Shown here: in pieces, positions 11,225-23,030 of the stretch
Layout of the letters: the number at the start of each line of letters is the position of its first letter
How positions within the stretch are numbered: the stretch's first letter is position 1
Source: Octopus sinensis
Taxonomy: Eukaryota
Direction of reading: 5' to 3'
Length of the DNA: 64,000 nt
Assembly (NCBI RefSeq): GCF_006345805.1
Contig: NC_043001.1
Location: forward strand, 12,896,001-12,960,000
Notes under the pieces: model-generated
What the model saw: the letters and a program-made list of their open reading frames with translations, nothing else
Databases searched by the model: none
Told to the model about the DNA's origin: nothing
Position numbers and translations under genes: made by a program

Positions 11225-12647
11225 CATATATACAGCAATATTAAGGAATGGCCCTGACAGGCCGTTCCTCTCACTTGAAAGAGCAGCCAAAACTCAAACC
11301 GGTAAATAGTAGTAATTCTGAAATTAAATATATATGTGTGTGTGTATACGTCTGTATGAGTTATGGGTTAAACAACCATTTAAGGGATAATAAATATCCA
11401 ATATACTACTAGATGTATACCGATGTATGTATATCCAAATGCTTACTGTTGTAAGACAATAGCGCAATTGAATAACAGGTTGGGGTAAATAGAAATCTAC
11501 CGAAATTTATAAAGCAAAGAAAACATATGATAATTAGTTGTCAATCATGGTCTATTTATTAATTACAATCATATGTATATATAAATAAGTAAATAAGAAT
11601 AAATGAGTGAATAATACGATACACCTACAGCTGTTTCTACATTGGCGGGGTCCATCCTATCAAAGTTGACATGTTATACGAATATTATACAGTGATTGTA
11701 GAGAGGTTGAACAAAATTGGACAGAGGTGGGACAGTAATTGAGCACTAAAGCATCATTGGAGAATAGAAAATGGTAAGAATCAAACGAGTAGAGAAGTAA
11801 AATAAAATGATGAAATAGTGAAAATAGTGAGAAATGGTTAAAAAAAGCGTAAGATCACATCTTATTTCAATTAAATGGGATATATATATATATATATATA
11901 CAAAAAGCAATAAAGATTCAAGTTAATTTAAATGAATTTACTTGAATATGGTACCTAACTTAGATGCACCAAAAAAAACTATACTGTTTTAACAATACAG
12001 TAATGTGGGGTGATTATAAGCGAGAAAGAAGCAACAAGAATGGATAGGTTTTTAGTACAATCGTTTCATACAAGGACAGGCTTTATTAAAAGTTGCAAAA
12101 ATTACAGCATATAAACGTGTCCCGTACTCATCAGCTAAAATACATGTGAGTTCTCTAGACATCCTAGTGGTTGAGGCTATACTCATGAAGTAATGTAGAT
12201 AATTAAGTAACATAAACAGATTTCCAAAGTTCATTAAAGTTCTTTAAGATGATGTACAGTCTTATCACAGAATTTTAAAAAAGTTTCAATAGCATCACAA
12301 AGAAGGTGACCTAATCCATAGTGCACATATGAATTTCCAGAGATATGATGAGGGATTACATACTCACAGAAGACAAATTTATCCATTGTTAATCACAACG
12401 AGGTGGGTCTCAATTCCTGCTTATTCGCATTACAAGAGGGTGAATTAATCCTTTGTATAGATGCACAATTTCCAATGGTGTAGATGTAAATTTCCAGAGA
12501 AATGAAGTGGAATTTCATATTCACAGGCGATAATTTATCATGTTAAACACAATGAGGTAGGTATCAATTCTTGTTATATGATTAGGTATTTGCCATTAAT
12601 CACATTACTGCTATTTACAAGAGGCTGTAGCTATATCATATATATAT

Positions 12648-12853
12648 ATGATAGATCGTTACCGCCTACACGCATTGTTTTCTCTCCTTGTTTCTCTCCT
12701 TGTTTTTTTTCTGTGTATATTTCTGTCGAAGAGCGTAGGCTCGAAACGTTAAAGACTTTTTCTATTTCTATTCCTGAGCGCTATACTGATACATTTGTTT
12801 GTTTGTACTCCACCTGCCTTCGTCTTTTGTTTATTTTCGCAAACCTTCCCGTT
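12648..12853 (+). mobile_element. Short solo pLTR-like element with minimal hammerhead motif (12720-12753)
   Basis: TTT-CTGTCGA-A-GAGC-GTAG-GCTC-GAAAC-GTT-AAA; (TA)n both sides. Confidence 0.65.
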
Positions 12854-12856
12854 ATA

Positions 12857-12896
<40 letters not shown>

Positions 12897-13432
12897 TACA
12901 TATATATGTATGTATGCAGGTATGTATATATGTATGTATGCATGTATGTATATATGTATGTATGCATGTATGTATGCATGTATGTATGTATGCATGTATG
13001 TATGCATGTATGTATATATGTATGTATGCATGTATGTATATATGTATGTATGTAAGTATGTATGTATGTATGTAGGTAGGTATGTATGTAGGTAGGTAGG
13101 TAGGTAGGTAGGTAGGTAGGTAGGTATGTAGGTAGGTGGTAGGTGGGTAGGTAGGTAGGTAGGTAGGTAGTATGGTAGTAGTAGGTAGGTGGGTAGGTAG
13201 GTAGGTAGGTAGGTAGGTATGTAGGTAGGTAGGTAGGTAGGTAGGTAGGTAGGTAGGTAGGTAGGTAGGTACGTAGGTAGGTAGGTAGGTAGGTAGGTAT
13301 GTATGTAGGTAGGTAGGTAGGTAGGTAGGTAGGTTGGTAGGTAGGTAGGTAGGTAGGTTGGTAGGTAGGTAGGTATGTAGGTAGGTAGGTAGGTAGGTAG
13401 GTAGGCAGGTAGGTAGGTAGGTTGGTAGGTGT
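12853..13432. repeat. Compound microsatellite (TA)n > (TATG/TGCA)n > (TAGG)n
   Basis: Directly visible; gives rise to the artefactual PTYL/YIHT ORFs. Confidence 0.95.
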
Positions 13433-13777
13433 GTCTGTAGTTACAGGACATTGCATTGAAGAATTATACCAAGCGAATCAAGGCCGGTCCTTCTAATATT
13501 GAATTTCGAATTCGACTTTTTTGCAAAATAACGAAGTTACAGGACGTAGACATACGTCCCTTTGAGTCTGTGCTGCAAGACGCTTACCAAATGTGACACG
13601 CGGTGCGATGGAACCCGGCACCATGTGTCTCGAACCAATCTACTTAACACACAGCCACCTGCATTCCATGTAAATAGATTCGTGAGAGAAAAAATAAATG
13701 GGTACAATATGAAAGTGCTGTGTCGAATGTCATGAAACTACATGTTAAATGTATATTAATCTTTCCATTGTATAAAT

Positions 13778-13811
<34 letters not shown>

Positions 13812-13829
13812 AATACATATATATATATA

Positions 13830-13867
<38 letters not shown>

Positions 13868-13974
13868 TATATGTATGTATGTAGTATGATGTATGTATGT
13901 ATACATGTATGTGTGTATGTATACACCCATATATATGCATATATATATGCATATATATACATATATATATATAT

Positions 13975-15120
13975 ATATGTTAATAAAATAGAACATATGC
14001 ATATATATAAACATATATGTACGTACCTACCTCTACATGTACATATACACGCATATATGTGTACAGGACACCAAAAAGACGTCGAACACATAGAGAGACG
14101 AAAAACATAGACACAAACCAAGGAACAAGACAAGCAAAAAAAAGAGATACAGGACAATAAGCACAACAAAAATCCCCTTCTTCAGTCGCTAAGGTTTCAT
14201 CTACTAAACGTTTCGAAGGATAAAAGCGAGACGTATACTTCGGAGAAAACTTCCTTCCTGCGAAAGCAAATCAATTAAAATTCTGAGATGTTTTCGCTGA
14301 GGGGTAAAAAAAAAAAAGCAAGACGGTAACGACAGTACAAACATATAAACAGTAAAAAATATATATATAAACAGTGGAAAAATAAATATATAACAGTGAG
14401 AGACAGGACAAGGAGAACAAGATAAGAAGGGCTGTTAACGCCAGACAAAAAAAGTATTGCAAACGCTGGATTATGGTGGACGACGAGAGAGAAAAAATGT
14501 CGACCAGTAGCCTTAGAAGGCGGGCGAGAAAAGACAGGATAGCAGTTACGACGGAAGTATCGTCGCAGATGGACGACGGGAATGGGGGAGGAGGAGCAAG
14601 AGGAAGAGAGAGAAGAAGGGGAATGGTGCGAGGAGACCATGAAGAATGGTGAAAGGGAGAGAGAGAATGAAGAATGAGAGAGAGAGGAAGAGACAAGTTA
14701 AGTGAGGGAAAAAAGACGAAAAAGGGAATGGGAGAGAAAGAAAGAAAGATGCAGAGTCGCGTGAGAGTAATATCAAGGCTAACTTGATAAACAGAACAAT
14801 CTTACTTAATAGGGTGCGTGCGTTTAGTCGTATAATATGTTAATAAATAGACATATGCATATATATAAACATATATGTACGAACCTACCTCTACATGTAC
14901 ATATACACGCATATATGTGTACAGGACACCAAAAAGACGTCGAACACATAGAGAGACGAAAAACAAAGACACAAACCAAGGAACAAGACAAGCAAAAAAA
15001 GAGATACAGGACAATAAAGCACCACAACAAAAATCCCCTTCTTCAGTCGCTAAGGTTTCATCTACTAAACGTTTCGAAGGATAAAAGCGAGACGTATACT
15101 TCGAAGAAAACTTCCTTCCT
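13975..15120 (-). mobile_element. Non-autonomous unit with ~290-bp direct repeats (pLTR-like) around a ~540-bp purine/CpG-rich spacer
   Basis: Near-identical blocks ~13975-14290 and ~14835-15120 (period ~860 bp); a third solo copy at ~61020-61280. Confidence 0.7.
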
Positions 15121-15151
15121 CTTATATATATATATATATATATATCATATA

Positions 15152-15202
<51 letters not shown>

Positions 15203-15249
15203 AAAAAATGAAGTTCGAAAATGCTGCTGTATTATACAATTTTTATTTT

Positions 15250-17235
15250 ATATATATACATTATAACATGTTTCAGTTCCTGAAATGAACCTTATCGAAA
15301 AATGTTATATATAAAAAGAGACAGCTCATGCCGTCAAACACAAGAAATTCATTTATAATACACAACGGAGTCAGACATCTTAGAGTTCATGTATAGTTGA
15401 TATATAGTCATGTATAGTTGATATATAGTTTGAAGTATATGTTCAAAGTGTTCGATGCAGTGGCCCACGGTGGCGATACGTATTCAATACAAAAAACAGA
15501 TCAAAGTGAAAGGTGAAAGCGGTCAATACAGAAGATTGATGTTTCCGAAAGAGCGAGGAATTCATTTTTACCTTAAGCAATTGTGATGACCATGGTGAAG
15601 TTCGCTGGGTGGTTCTAGTGAGTTTGTGAAATGCTCGGTTTTATAATGCCTGTTAGGTGGTCAATCTAGCGTAGCGTGACGTCATCAATGTTTTGACCAA
15701 TCGTTTCGTTAGGTGGCTTTAACCAAGTGGAACGGGACGTCATCATTATTTTGACCAATCGCTGCATTATAACTCCCTCTTGTTTGTTTCCTGTCTTGAC
15801 CATCCAGATTCATCCAGATTCTGCCCAATCACGACTTATAGCTACATTAGATCTGCCCCCTGTCTGTACTTGTTAGGTAACTATTCAAGCAGAAAAGGAC
15901 GTCATCAATATTCTGACTAATGACTGTCCCCTGTTTGTATCCTGTCCATTCTAGCAGAGCTAGACGTCATCAACTTGTTGACCAATCAGAATCGGGTCTG
16001 ACCCTTAGCTGTATCGTATGTATCAGGGTCAGATTTGCACGAAAGAATTTTTTTCTTTTTTACTAAGGCATATTTCCGTCAGAGTGAGTGTCTGTTTCAA
16101 GTAGCGGCCGTGGTGAAATTGGTTCTCCTTTTCGGAGGACTTATCTTTTGTTTTAGTATTCCTGGCCAGGGTTGTTAAAACTTGGTCTAAATTTTTTTAT
16201 GAAATATAGTTCTTTTTTGGCGTTGTGTGAAGGTTGCGTTGTCACTGAATTTATAGAGCGGGTTAGTTGGTAAATTTCGGATTTACATTTCCAGCACATC
16301 TATCTATGTCCGCTGACCGGTATTTTGCGGTAATCAGGGTTTCTAATTTGTGATTTATGCACCGCCATCCTGTTACGTAAGCTATTTTTTGTATGGCCTA
16401 TATACTGCCTATTGCAGCCTGCGCATGTTATGACGTAAATTAAGTTTTCTGATGCGCAGGTGAGGTTTGTTCTAATGGTGAACTGGTGGCCTTGTTCCAG
16501 TATAAATTCTGATCCTTCTTTCAAGATGACACAGATTCCGCAGTTGGGCCTTCCACATTTTCTAACTGCTGGTTTTGTGGTTGATGTTGAGTGCAGTGTA
16601 GCTTGGGTTAAAATCCTTTTCAAGGATTTTGGTTGCCGTTTACTTTTAATGATGGTGTGTGTTTCGAGGATCCGGTTCATCTTTGGGTTTCCCTTTAGTA
16701 GGGCTGTGCTTGTAGTATGGTGGTTGAAGGCCTCATTGTTGAGTGGGTTTGTGTAGAGATGTAGGGAAGGGTTTTTTAATTGTTCTTTCTTTTTTGGTTT
16801 TGTTTGTCTCAGGTCTTTATACTTAATTTAAGTACCCGTTGGATTGCACTGTCTATTAGGGGCTGTGGATAGTTTCTATTTGTGAGTGTGGTTCTAAGTT
16901 CCTGGAGACGTGTGTGTCGGGTGTTTGTGTCTGATATTATGGTGCAAATCTTCTAGCTAAACAAAAAGGGACATTCATTCTAGTGTGTCGTGGGTGGCAT
17001 GAATCAAAGGGTAGGTACTGTTTAGAGTCTGTCGGTTTATAGTAGATATCTGTCTCTATTTTGTTGCCGGTTTTCTAATGAGGATGTCTAAAAATGGTAA
17101 TTCTTTTTCGTTGTGGTCCATCGTGAATTGTATATTGTCATTTATTCCATTTAATAGAATTTTAAATTCCTCAAGTTTCTCTATGCCTTTGTCCCAGATG
17201 ATGAAACAGTCATCGAGGTATCTTTTCCAGTTGTT
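15250..17235 (-). mobile_element. 5'-truncated Penelope-like retroelement (RT C-half + Cys-rich linker + GIY-YIG endonuclease), frameshifted
   Basis: Minus strand reads WKRYLDDCFIIWDKG…ELPFLDILI…TDIYYKPTDSKQYL…HPRHT (YLDD at ~17209-17220), then CGRPNCGIC…TCASENLIYVITCAGCNRQYIGHTKNSLRNRMAVH and KELYFIKKFRPSFN*. Cys linker suggests Neptune type. Confidence 0.92.
16300..16680 (-). pseudogene. GIY-YIG endonuclease domain of the Penelope-like element
   Basis: LIY-x-I-x-C-x2-C…YIG-x-T…LRNR-x3-H motif in the supplied ORF. Confidence 0.9.
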
Positions 17236-18133
17236 ATATATATATATAGTAGATCAAAAATACGAAGAACACAAGGCAAAACAGCAACGCGAGGGCGTGG
17301 TACATACAAAGTATTAGCAGATGCTAATGCTTGTATACAAATGTATATACACGCTTACATATATACGAAAATAATACCTTCTTACCTACGCATGTATGTA
17401 TATACTCCAACTTATTAGAAATTGCAGTATCATACACTATGCATTATTAAGACATTAAGTGTGCTTTAAGAATATATACATGTTACATGAGTATATGTAT
17501 ATATGTGTGTATTACTGCTTGTGTTGCTTATATGTGCATATATATATATATATGTATTTATGTAAGTATGTATATAGATATATATGTGAGTGTGTGTATC
17601 TGTCTGTTATGTGTCTGGGTGGGGCACTGTGCGATATTATGATGCACACTAGCTTAAACACGTAGTAAATGTAATATATTATATATAATGAGAAAATAAA
17701 TATGCGAATTAATACAATTCAAAAGAGAGAAAAAATATACAAGCGAAAGTTTTTTTGTATGCTATAATATAAATGCAAATATTACCATCGAATACGATTA
17801 GGCAGGTGAGATATAATGAGTTTTACACAACTTGTATATACGATATTTAAAAATGTTTTGAAAGATGAGTGTTTTTTATTTTTTTACCTGAAATCAAATT
17901 CCGAGGATTTATATGGAGCTAATCTACAATTGTAAATGTTTGAAATTCGAAACTATTATCGGCATATTTTAAAAAAAAACATATTAGCATTTCTTTTAAT
18001 AATGTTGCAGAATGTTGGAACATAAATTCTTTGAAAGATCGGAAGTTACTAACATTGCACGAAGAGGAGAGAAATGGTTCGACTAATCTATGACCTGTTC
18101 GTATTTCGAGTTATGGCTTTCTCGCTACAGAGT

Positions 18134-18512
18134 GGAGGCGCAATGGCCCAGTGGTTAGGGTAGCGGACTCGCGGGCAGAGGATAGCGGTTTCGATTCCCA
18201 GACCGGGCGTTGTGAGTGTTTATTGAGCGAAAACACCTAAAGCTCCACGAGGCTCCGGCAGGGGATGGTGATCCCTGGTGTACTCTTTCACCACAACTTT
18301 CTCTCATTCTTTCTTCCTGTTTCTGTTGTACCTGTATTTCAAAGTGCCGGCCTTGTCACTCTCTGTGTCACGCTGAATATCCCCGAGAACTACGTTAAGG
18401 GTACACGTGTCTGTGGAGTGCTCAGCCACTTACACGTTAATTTCACGAGCAGGCTGTTCCGTTGATTCGGATCAACCGGAACCCTCGTCGTCGTAACCGA
18501 TGGAGTGCTTCC
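18134..18512 (+). mobile_element. SINE family C (tRNA-like head), flanked by a 29-bp TSD
   Basis: A box TGGCCCAGTGG, B box GGTTTCGATTCCC; identical GTATTTCGAGTTATGGCTTTCTCGCTACA at 18101-18129 and 18522-18550. Confidence 0.9.
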
Positions 18513-18863
18513 AAAAATCCAGTATTTCGAGTTATGGCTTTCTCGCTACAAAACATGTACATTTGTGTCGAGTAGGGTGTGTATGTGTGCGCGTATTTGC
18601 GTGGACCTATTTGCGTATATATGCGTGTGTGCGTGCGTGTATGTGTGTGTGTTTGTGCGTGTGTGTGTGTGTAATTTAGAACAAACAGTAAGTTGTCATT
18701 ATAGTACTAGCAGTTTCGAATGCAGGAGTGAAGAGCAACGATGCATTCTCGCTACTATTAATGGCAATAGACGCGAAGTCCTTAACCATACATATATAAA
18801 TAATCCTGTTTACCTTGTTTCGAGATCTCATTCTTTTGTTATCACTTTTTATTATTATTATTA

Positions 18864-18939
<76 letters not shown>

Positions 18940-19457
18940 ATATAGGCAAAAACGGATAGTTCTAAAATCTAAGGTATTAACGCAGTCATTGTACGGACAA
19001 TTAATATCCGTAGACACTTTAATATGGCTGTCTGTTGCAGCGGACTCTGGCGCGATTTTTTTAGTCCTAAGAGGACATCTCTAGCTGCTTAACAATGTAC
19101 AGCTGCACTCGATAAAATTGCGAGCAGGGTATCGAACCCCTGCCATCCCCTAGCGACGGGACGAGTAGACCAGTGGTGGTTTTGGGCTATTTCTTGCCGT
19201 TCCTCAGCACTGAACACCTCGTCTGCTAGAGATGATAGCAGCTCACTTATGCATATCAGAGATTTATTATTGTTTATATATATATATATATTATATATAT
19301 ATTATATATATATATATATTTCAATCGAACACACAGTCGCGAACAAACAGTCCTGGATTTTACAAGCAAAAATGTTTGTTTTCTGCGGTGATCACTTATA
19401 GACATTTTAGAACTAGCATTTCTGCCTCTTGCAATTCAGCGACTGTGTGTTCGCTTG

Positions 19458-19512
<55 letters not shown>

Positions 19513-19577
19513 ATATAAACAATAATAAATCTCTGAGCGAGGTTTAAAAAATAGCTGCATCACATCGTGAAGTATAT

Positions 19578-19765
19578 TTGCCACTTAAATGTGGCTAACC
19601 CCTAAGTGTGGATGATCCTCCAGCTGGCTATTGACACACTGTCTGTGTGATTGCTGATAGGGTACAGAAAGTGTGTACCAGCTGGAGGAAGTGTCCTCCT
19701 GAGGCCACAAGCTACAGTAGCATCCACACTTAGGGGTTAGTCTAGCCACATTTAAGTGGAAAACA
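19578..19765. mobile_element. MITE-like element with ~35-40 bp TIRs
   Basis: gccacttaaatgtggctaacccctaagtgtggatg … catccacacttaggggttagtctagccacatttaagtgg; a partial second copy at ~5510-5572. Confidence 0.7.
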
Positions 19766-19894
19766 TACTTCGCGATATATATATATATATATATATATTG
19801 CGTGCAGAAGTGAGCAGCTATCATCTTTGTAAGGTGGTGCTCAAGCATTGCCACAATAAAATGATAGAAACAAGAAAAAGATTAAAAGGTATAC

Positions 19895-19933
<39 letters not shown>

Positions 19934-20717
19934 ATATGTATATATTCACCTTCAAGCCTTCAACAGTACAGAGCAGTCTCCATAACGGCTATCTCTGAAG
20001 AGCACATGGTTACATGATCTTACTGAAACCTAAATCTCCGTTGGACCGCAAGTGCAAAACCGATTGGCAAGATCTGCCATGATGGTTATAAAATATTTTA
20101 CTCTTCAAGTAACATATAAACGACATTTTATTAGTAAAATAAAAAGTGAAAATACAGGAGTAGTACTTCTTTTAGATATATCTGTTCTTTTTACCTTATA
20201 TTTAAACCAGTATCGCACAGCAGTTGCTTATGAAAAAGAATATGTGTATAGTAGCTGCAATAATGACAGATTATAATGAGTTTTGAAATTGTTGCAGGTG
20301 GAGCGGAATGAAGTTTTTGTGTTTATAGCATAAAGAATGTTAAGTACGGAATTTTAATGACAGGTAATTTCTCATAAACAATAATTGTGATGAGTGTTAA
20401 GCTAGAAGCTTGATTGTTTAGGTTAAATTTTTCAAAGAATGCATATTGTATATTTGAATACGCACGTGAAAAGACACTTATGTGTATGTGAAAACCCATT
20501 TCGCTGTATGTTTGTCATAATATCTATTCAAACTAATTGTCAAATGTTCATGTTGGCTTCATATATCATAATGGGGTGTCTCACGTTCTTTAACCGTTGT
20601 AGTTCAGTGGTTTAATTTGAGCATTTCAAAAATGGTAGTAGTTTAAATTTCGGCAGAGCTTCATTCCAGCACATTTTGCTTCTCAGTCCACTTAACAAAA
20701 CTGACCTCTCATTATTA

Positions 20718-20755
<38 letters not shown>

Positions 20756-21311
20756 GAGTGAGAGAGCAGTTCATGCCATCAAAGTGACACTGGGGTAAAA
20801 TATACGAAGCCCAATATACCCATCATGACTACCCGTCTAATAAGGGTACACCAGGCACATGCATCACAACCATATGTGCCCGACATGGTGATCTCATGTC
20901 AAGATAAACAGCACATGACCTTGCAGGTGGGGCCCAGTTAGAATTTTCTTCAGGTTGAGTAGCCCATCCCGCTCAAACGGTCCCTGAATAAGGGTTGTTT
21001 AAGGATGTTGAAAAAAGACACCCATGTTTCCAGAGATGAATTATTCAAACCCCAAAGAATCCCTCTCAACACATGGCTATGATGCTCCCCCACTACTTCT
21101 GCTCGTGATCAGAGATGCACATATCGTCAGCCACTAAGGGACATGCTCAACTGGTTAAGGTCAAACAACTGACAAGCAAATCTGTGGTATTGAGCAGAAT
21201 ATTTGCCGTAGCCCATCTTTTATACCAAGACAAAACAATGTACATGATGACACTTCCAATCAGTTAAGATCAGAAGCCATGAGAGCCACTGCCTGGTACT
21301 GCATCAGGGCA

Positions 21312-21313
<2 letters not shown>
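20756..21313. mobile_element. Unclassified ~555-bp unit embedded in (TTA)n on both sides
   Basis: Complex non-coding sequence with sharp borders against (TTA)n at 20711-20755 and 21314-21476; no TIR or tRNA boxes seen. Confidence 0.6.
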
Positions 21314-21357
<44 letters not shown>

Positions 21358-21404
21358 CATTATTATTATTATTATTATTATTATCATTATCATCATCATC
21401 ATCA

Positions 21405-21456
<52 letters not shown>

Positions 21457-21559
21457 CATTATTATTATTATTATTGGTAAGAGATAATGCAATCTATCCA
21501 TTGCATTCCATAAGTTAAAGTTTAGTAGTAGCCAATAGAGTTTTTTTGTTTAAGGCTTC

Positions 21560-23030
21560 TTAATTCTTAAATTTGACCCCCGCCGCATCCGTAGCACCGC
21601 TTCCTCTAATCCATAGTGTATACATGGAGTTGGACACTTGTTTGGAATATTTTGCTCTAATAAAAATACGTCTAACTGTCTTAAGCGGCATTCTGCCTTT
21701 GATGATCTGATTATCTGATATTTTTTCATTGCTTCTTCATTAAGTAGCATAACTTATTTGTTTTAAATCTTGTTATATTTCATGGTGATTTCTTCGTTAT
21801 GAAATTTGTTTTTATCGTTTGATCTCGTACTAGGATTGGTAAGTTGTTTTCAATGCCGTGAACTACTTCATATTTCTTTGCATTAACAGTAGACATAAAC
21901 GGTAAAACATTCTTCTAGGTTTTAGTATTATTTATCCTGCGATCACGGATATCTAAATATTTTGCCATTTCTATTCCATTTATAATAAGATTAAGAGGTA
22001 ATCCTCTTTGTATTATTATATTTCTGTAGTCTTTAACTCTTTCATCACGCTTGGTAGTGTTGCATCTCTGAAAATCTTTGTTGAGTGGAAATGAATGTGG
22101 CCTATGTTATTTTTAGGGTTAAAGAATATGTAAGGCGCAGGAGTGGCTGTGTGGTAAGTAGCTTGCTAACCAACCACATGGTTCCGGGTTCAGTCCCACT
22201 GCGTGGCATCTTGGGCAAGTGTCTTCTGCTATAGCCCCGGGCCGACTAATGCCTTGTGAGTGGATTTGGTAGACGGAAACTGAAAGAAGCCTGTCGTATA
22301 TATGTATATATATGTATATATGTGTATGTGTGTGTGTTTGTCCCCCTAGCATTACTTGACAACCTATGCTGGTGTGTTTACGTCCCCGTCACTTAGCGGT
22401 TCGGCAAAAGAGACCGATAGAATAAGTACTGGGCTTACAAAAGAATAAGTCCCGGGGTCGATTTGCTCGACTAAAGGCGGTGCTCCAGCATGGCCGCAGT
22501 CAAATGACTGAAACAAGTAAAAGAGTAAGAGAGTAAAGAGTAAAGAATTTATAGCTTTCAGTCTGTGAGATTGATGTTGATATCCGCTTCAATTTTTCCA
22601 CATTTCTTCATGATAAAGTATCTGAAAATTCTTTCTGATTAAACTCCATCGCGATTACTGTTGCTTATATTATTTATTGGAACATTAAATTCCATAGGTG
22701 TATTTAGATCTTCCTGTATTACATTAAACAAACATGTTAGTACCATTTCCCAGTTTTCTTTTAACTACTTGTAGAATGCGTCTCCCAAAAACTTGAGTAA
22801 AGTCTTCGAGAATGTTCTTCTCGTGGTAAGCTTTTTATGGTAATGCATATAGAGAAGCACTTTTGGTTCACTTTACAATCCCTTATATTTGACTGAGCGT
22901 TAGATAATCGAATGTGGATTAATTATTTTGTAATATGTATTGTAGACCATCAACCATATATGTTATTACCAATGCGGCTCTGAAAATTGTATGCGGCCAA
23001 TACACTATCGTATTTATTCCGTAATTATCA
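21560..23030 (-). mobile_element. Old degraded Penelope-like RT region, split by a SINE A insertion
   Basis: With stops and frameshifts: LQYILQNN*STFD…QI*GIV(K)*TKSA (RT motif region), MEFNQKEFSDTL…KIEADI…TD, LNLIINGIEMAKYLDI…NVLPFMSTVN…NNLPIL; collinear with the 15250-17235 element. Confidence 0.7.
22134..22547 (+). mobile_element. SINE family A copy, nested in a PLE
   Basis: Full unit; possible TSD TAAAGAAT on both sides. Confidence 0.9.

Noticed and set aside
14190-14230. Functional type II hammerhead from GAAACGTT…CTGAAGAAGG
   Set aside because: Stem I cannot be paired in any of the three copies; kept only as half-motifs.
14271-14776. Hydrophobic 141-, 121- and 76-aa minus-strand ORFs
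   Set aside because: Low-complexity purine tract inside a repeat-flanked element; no domain signature.
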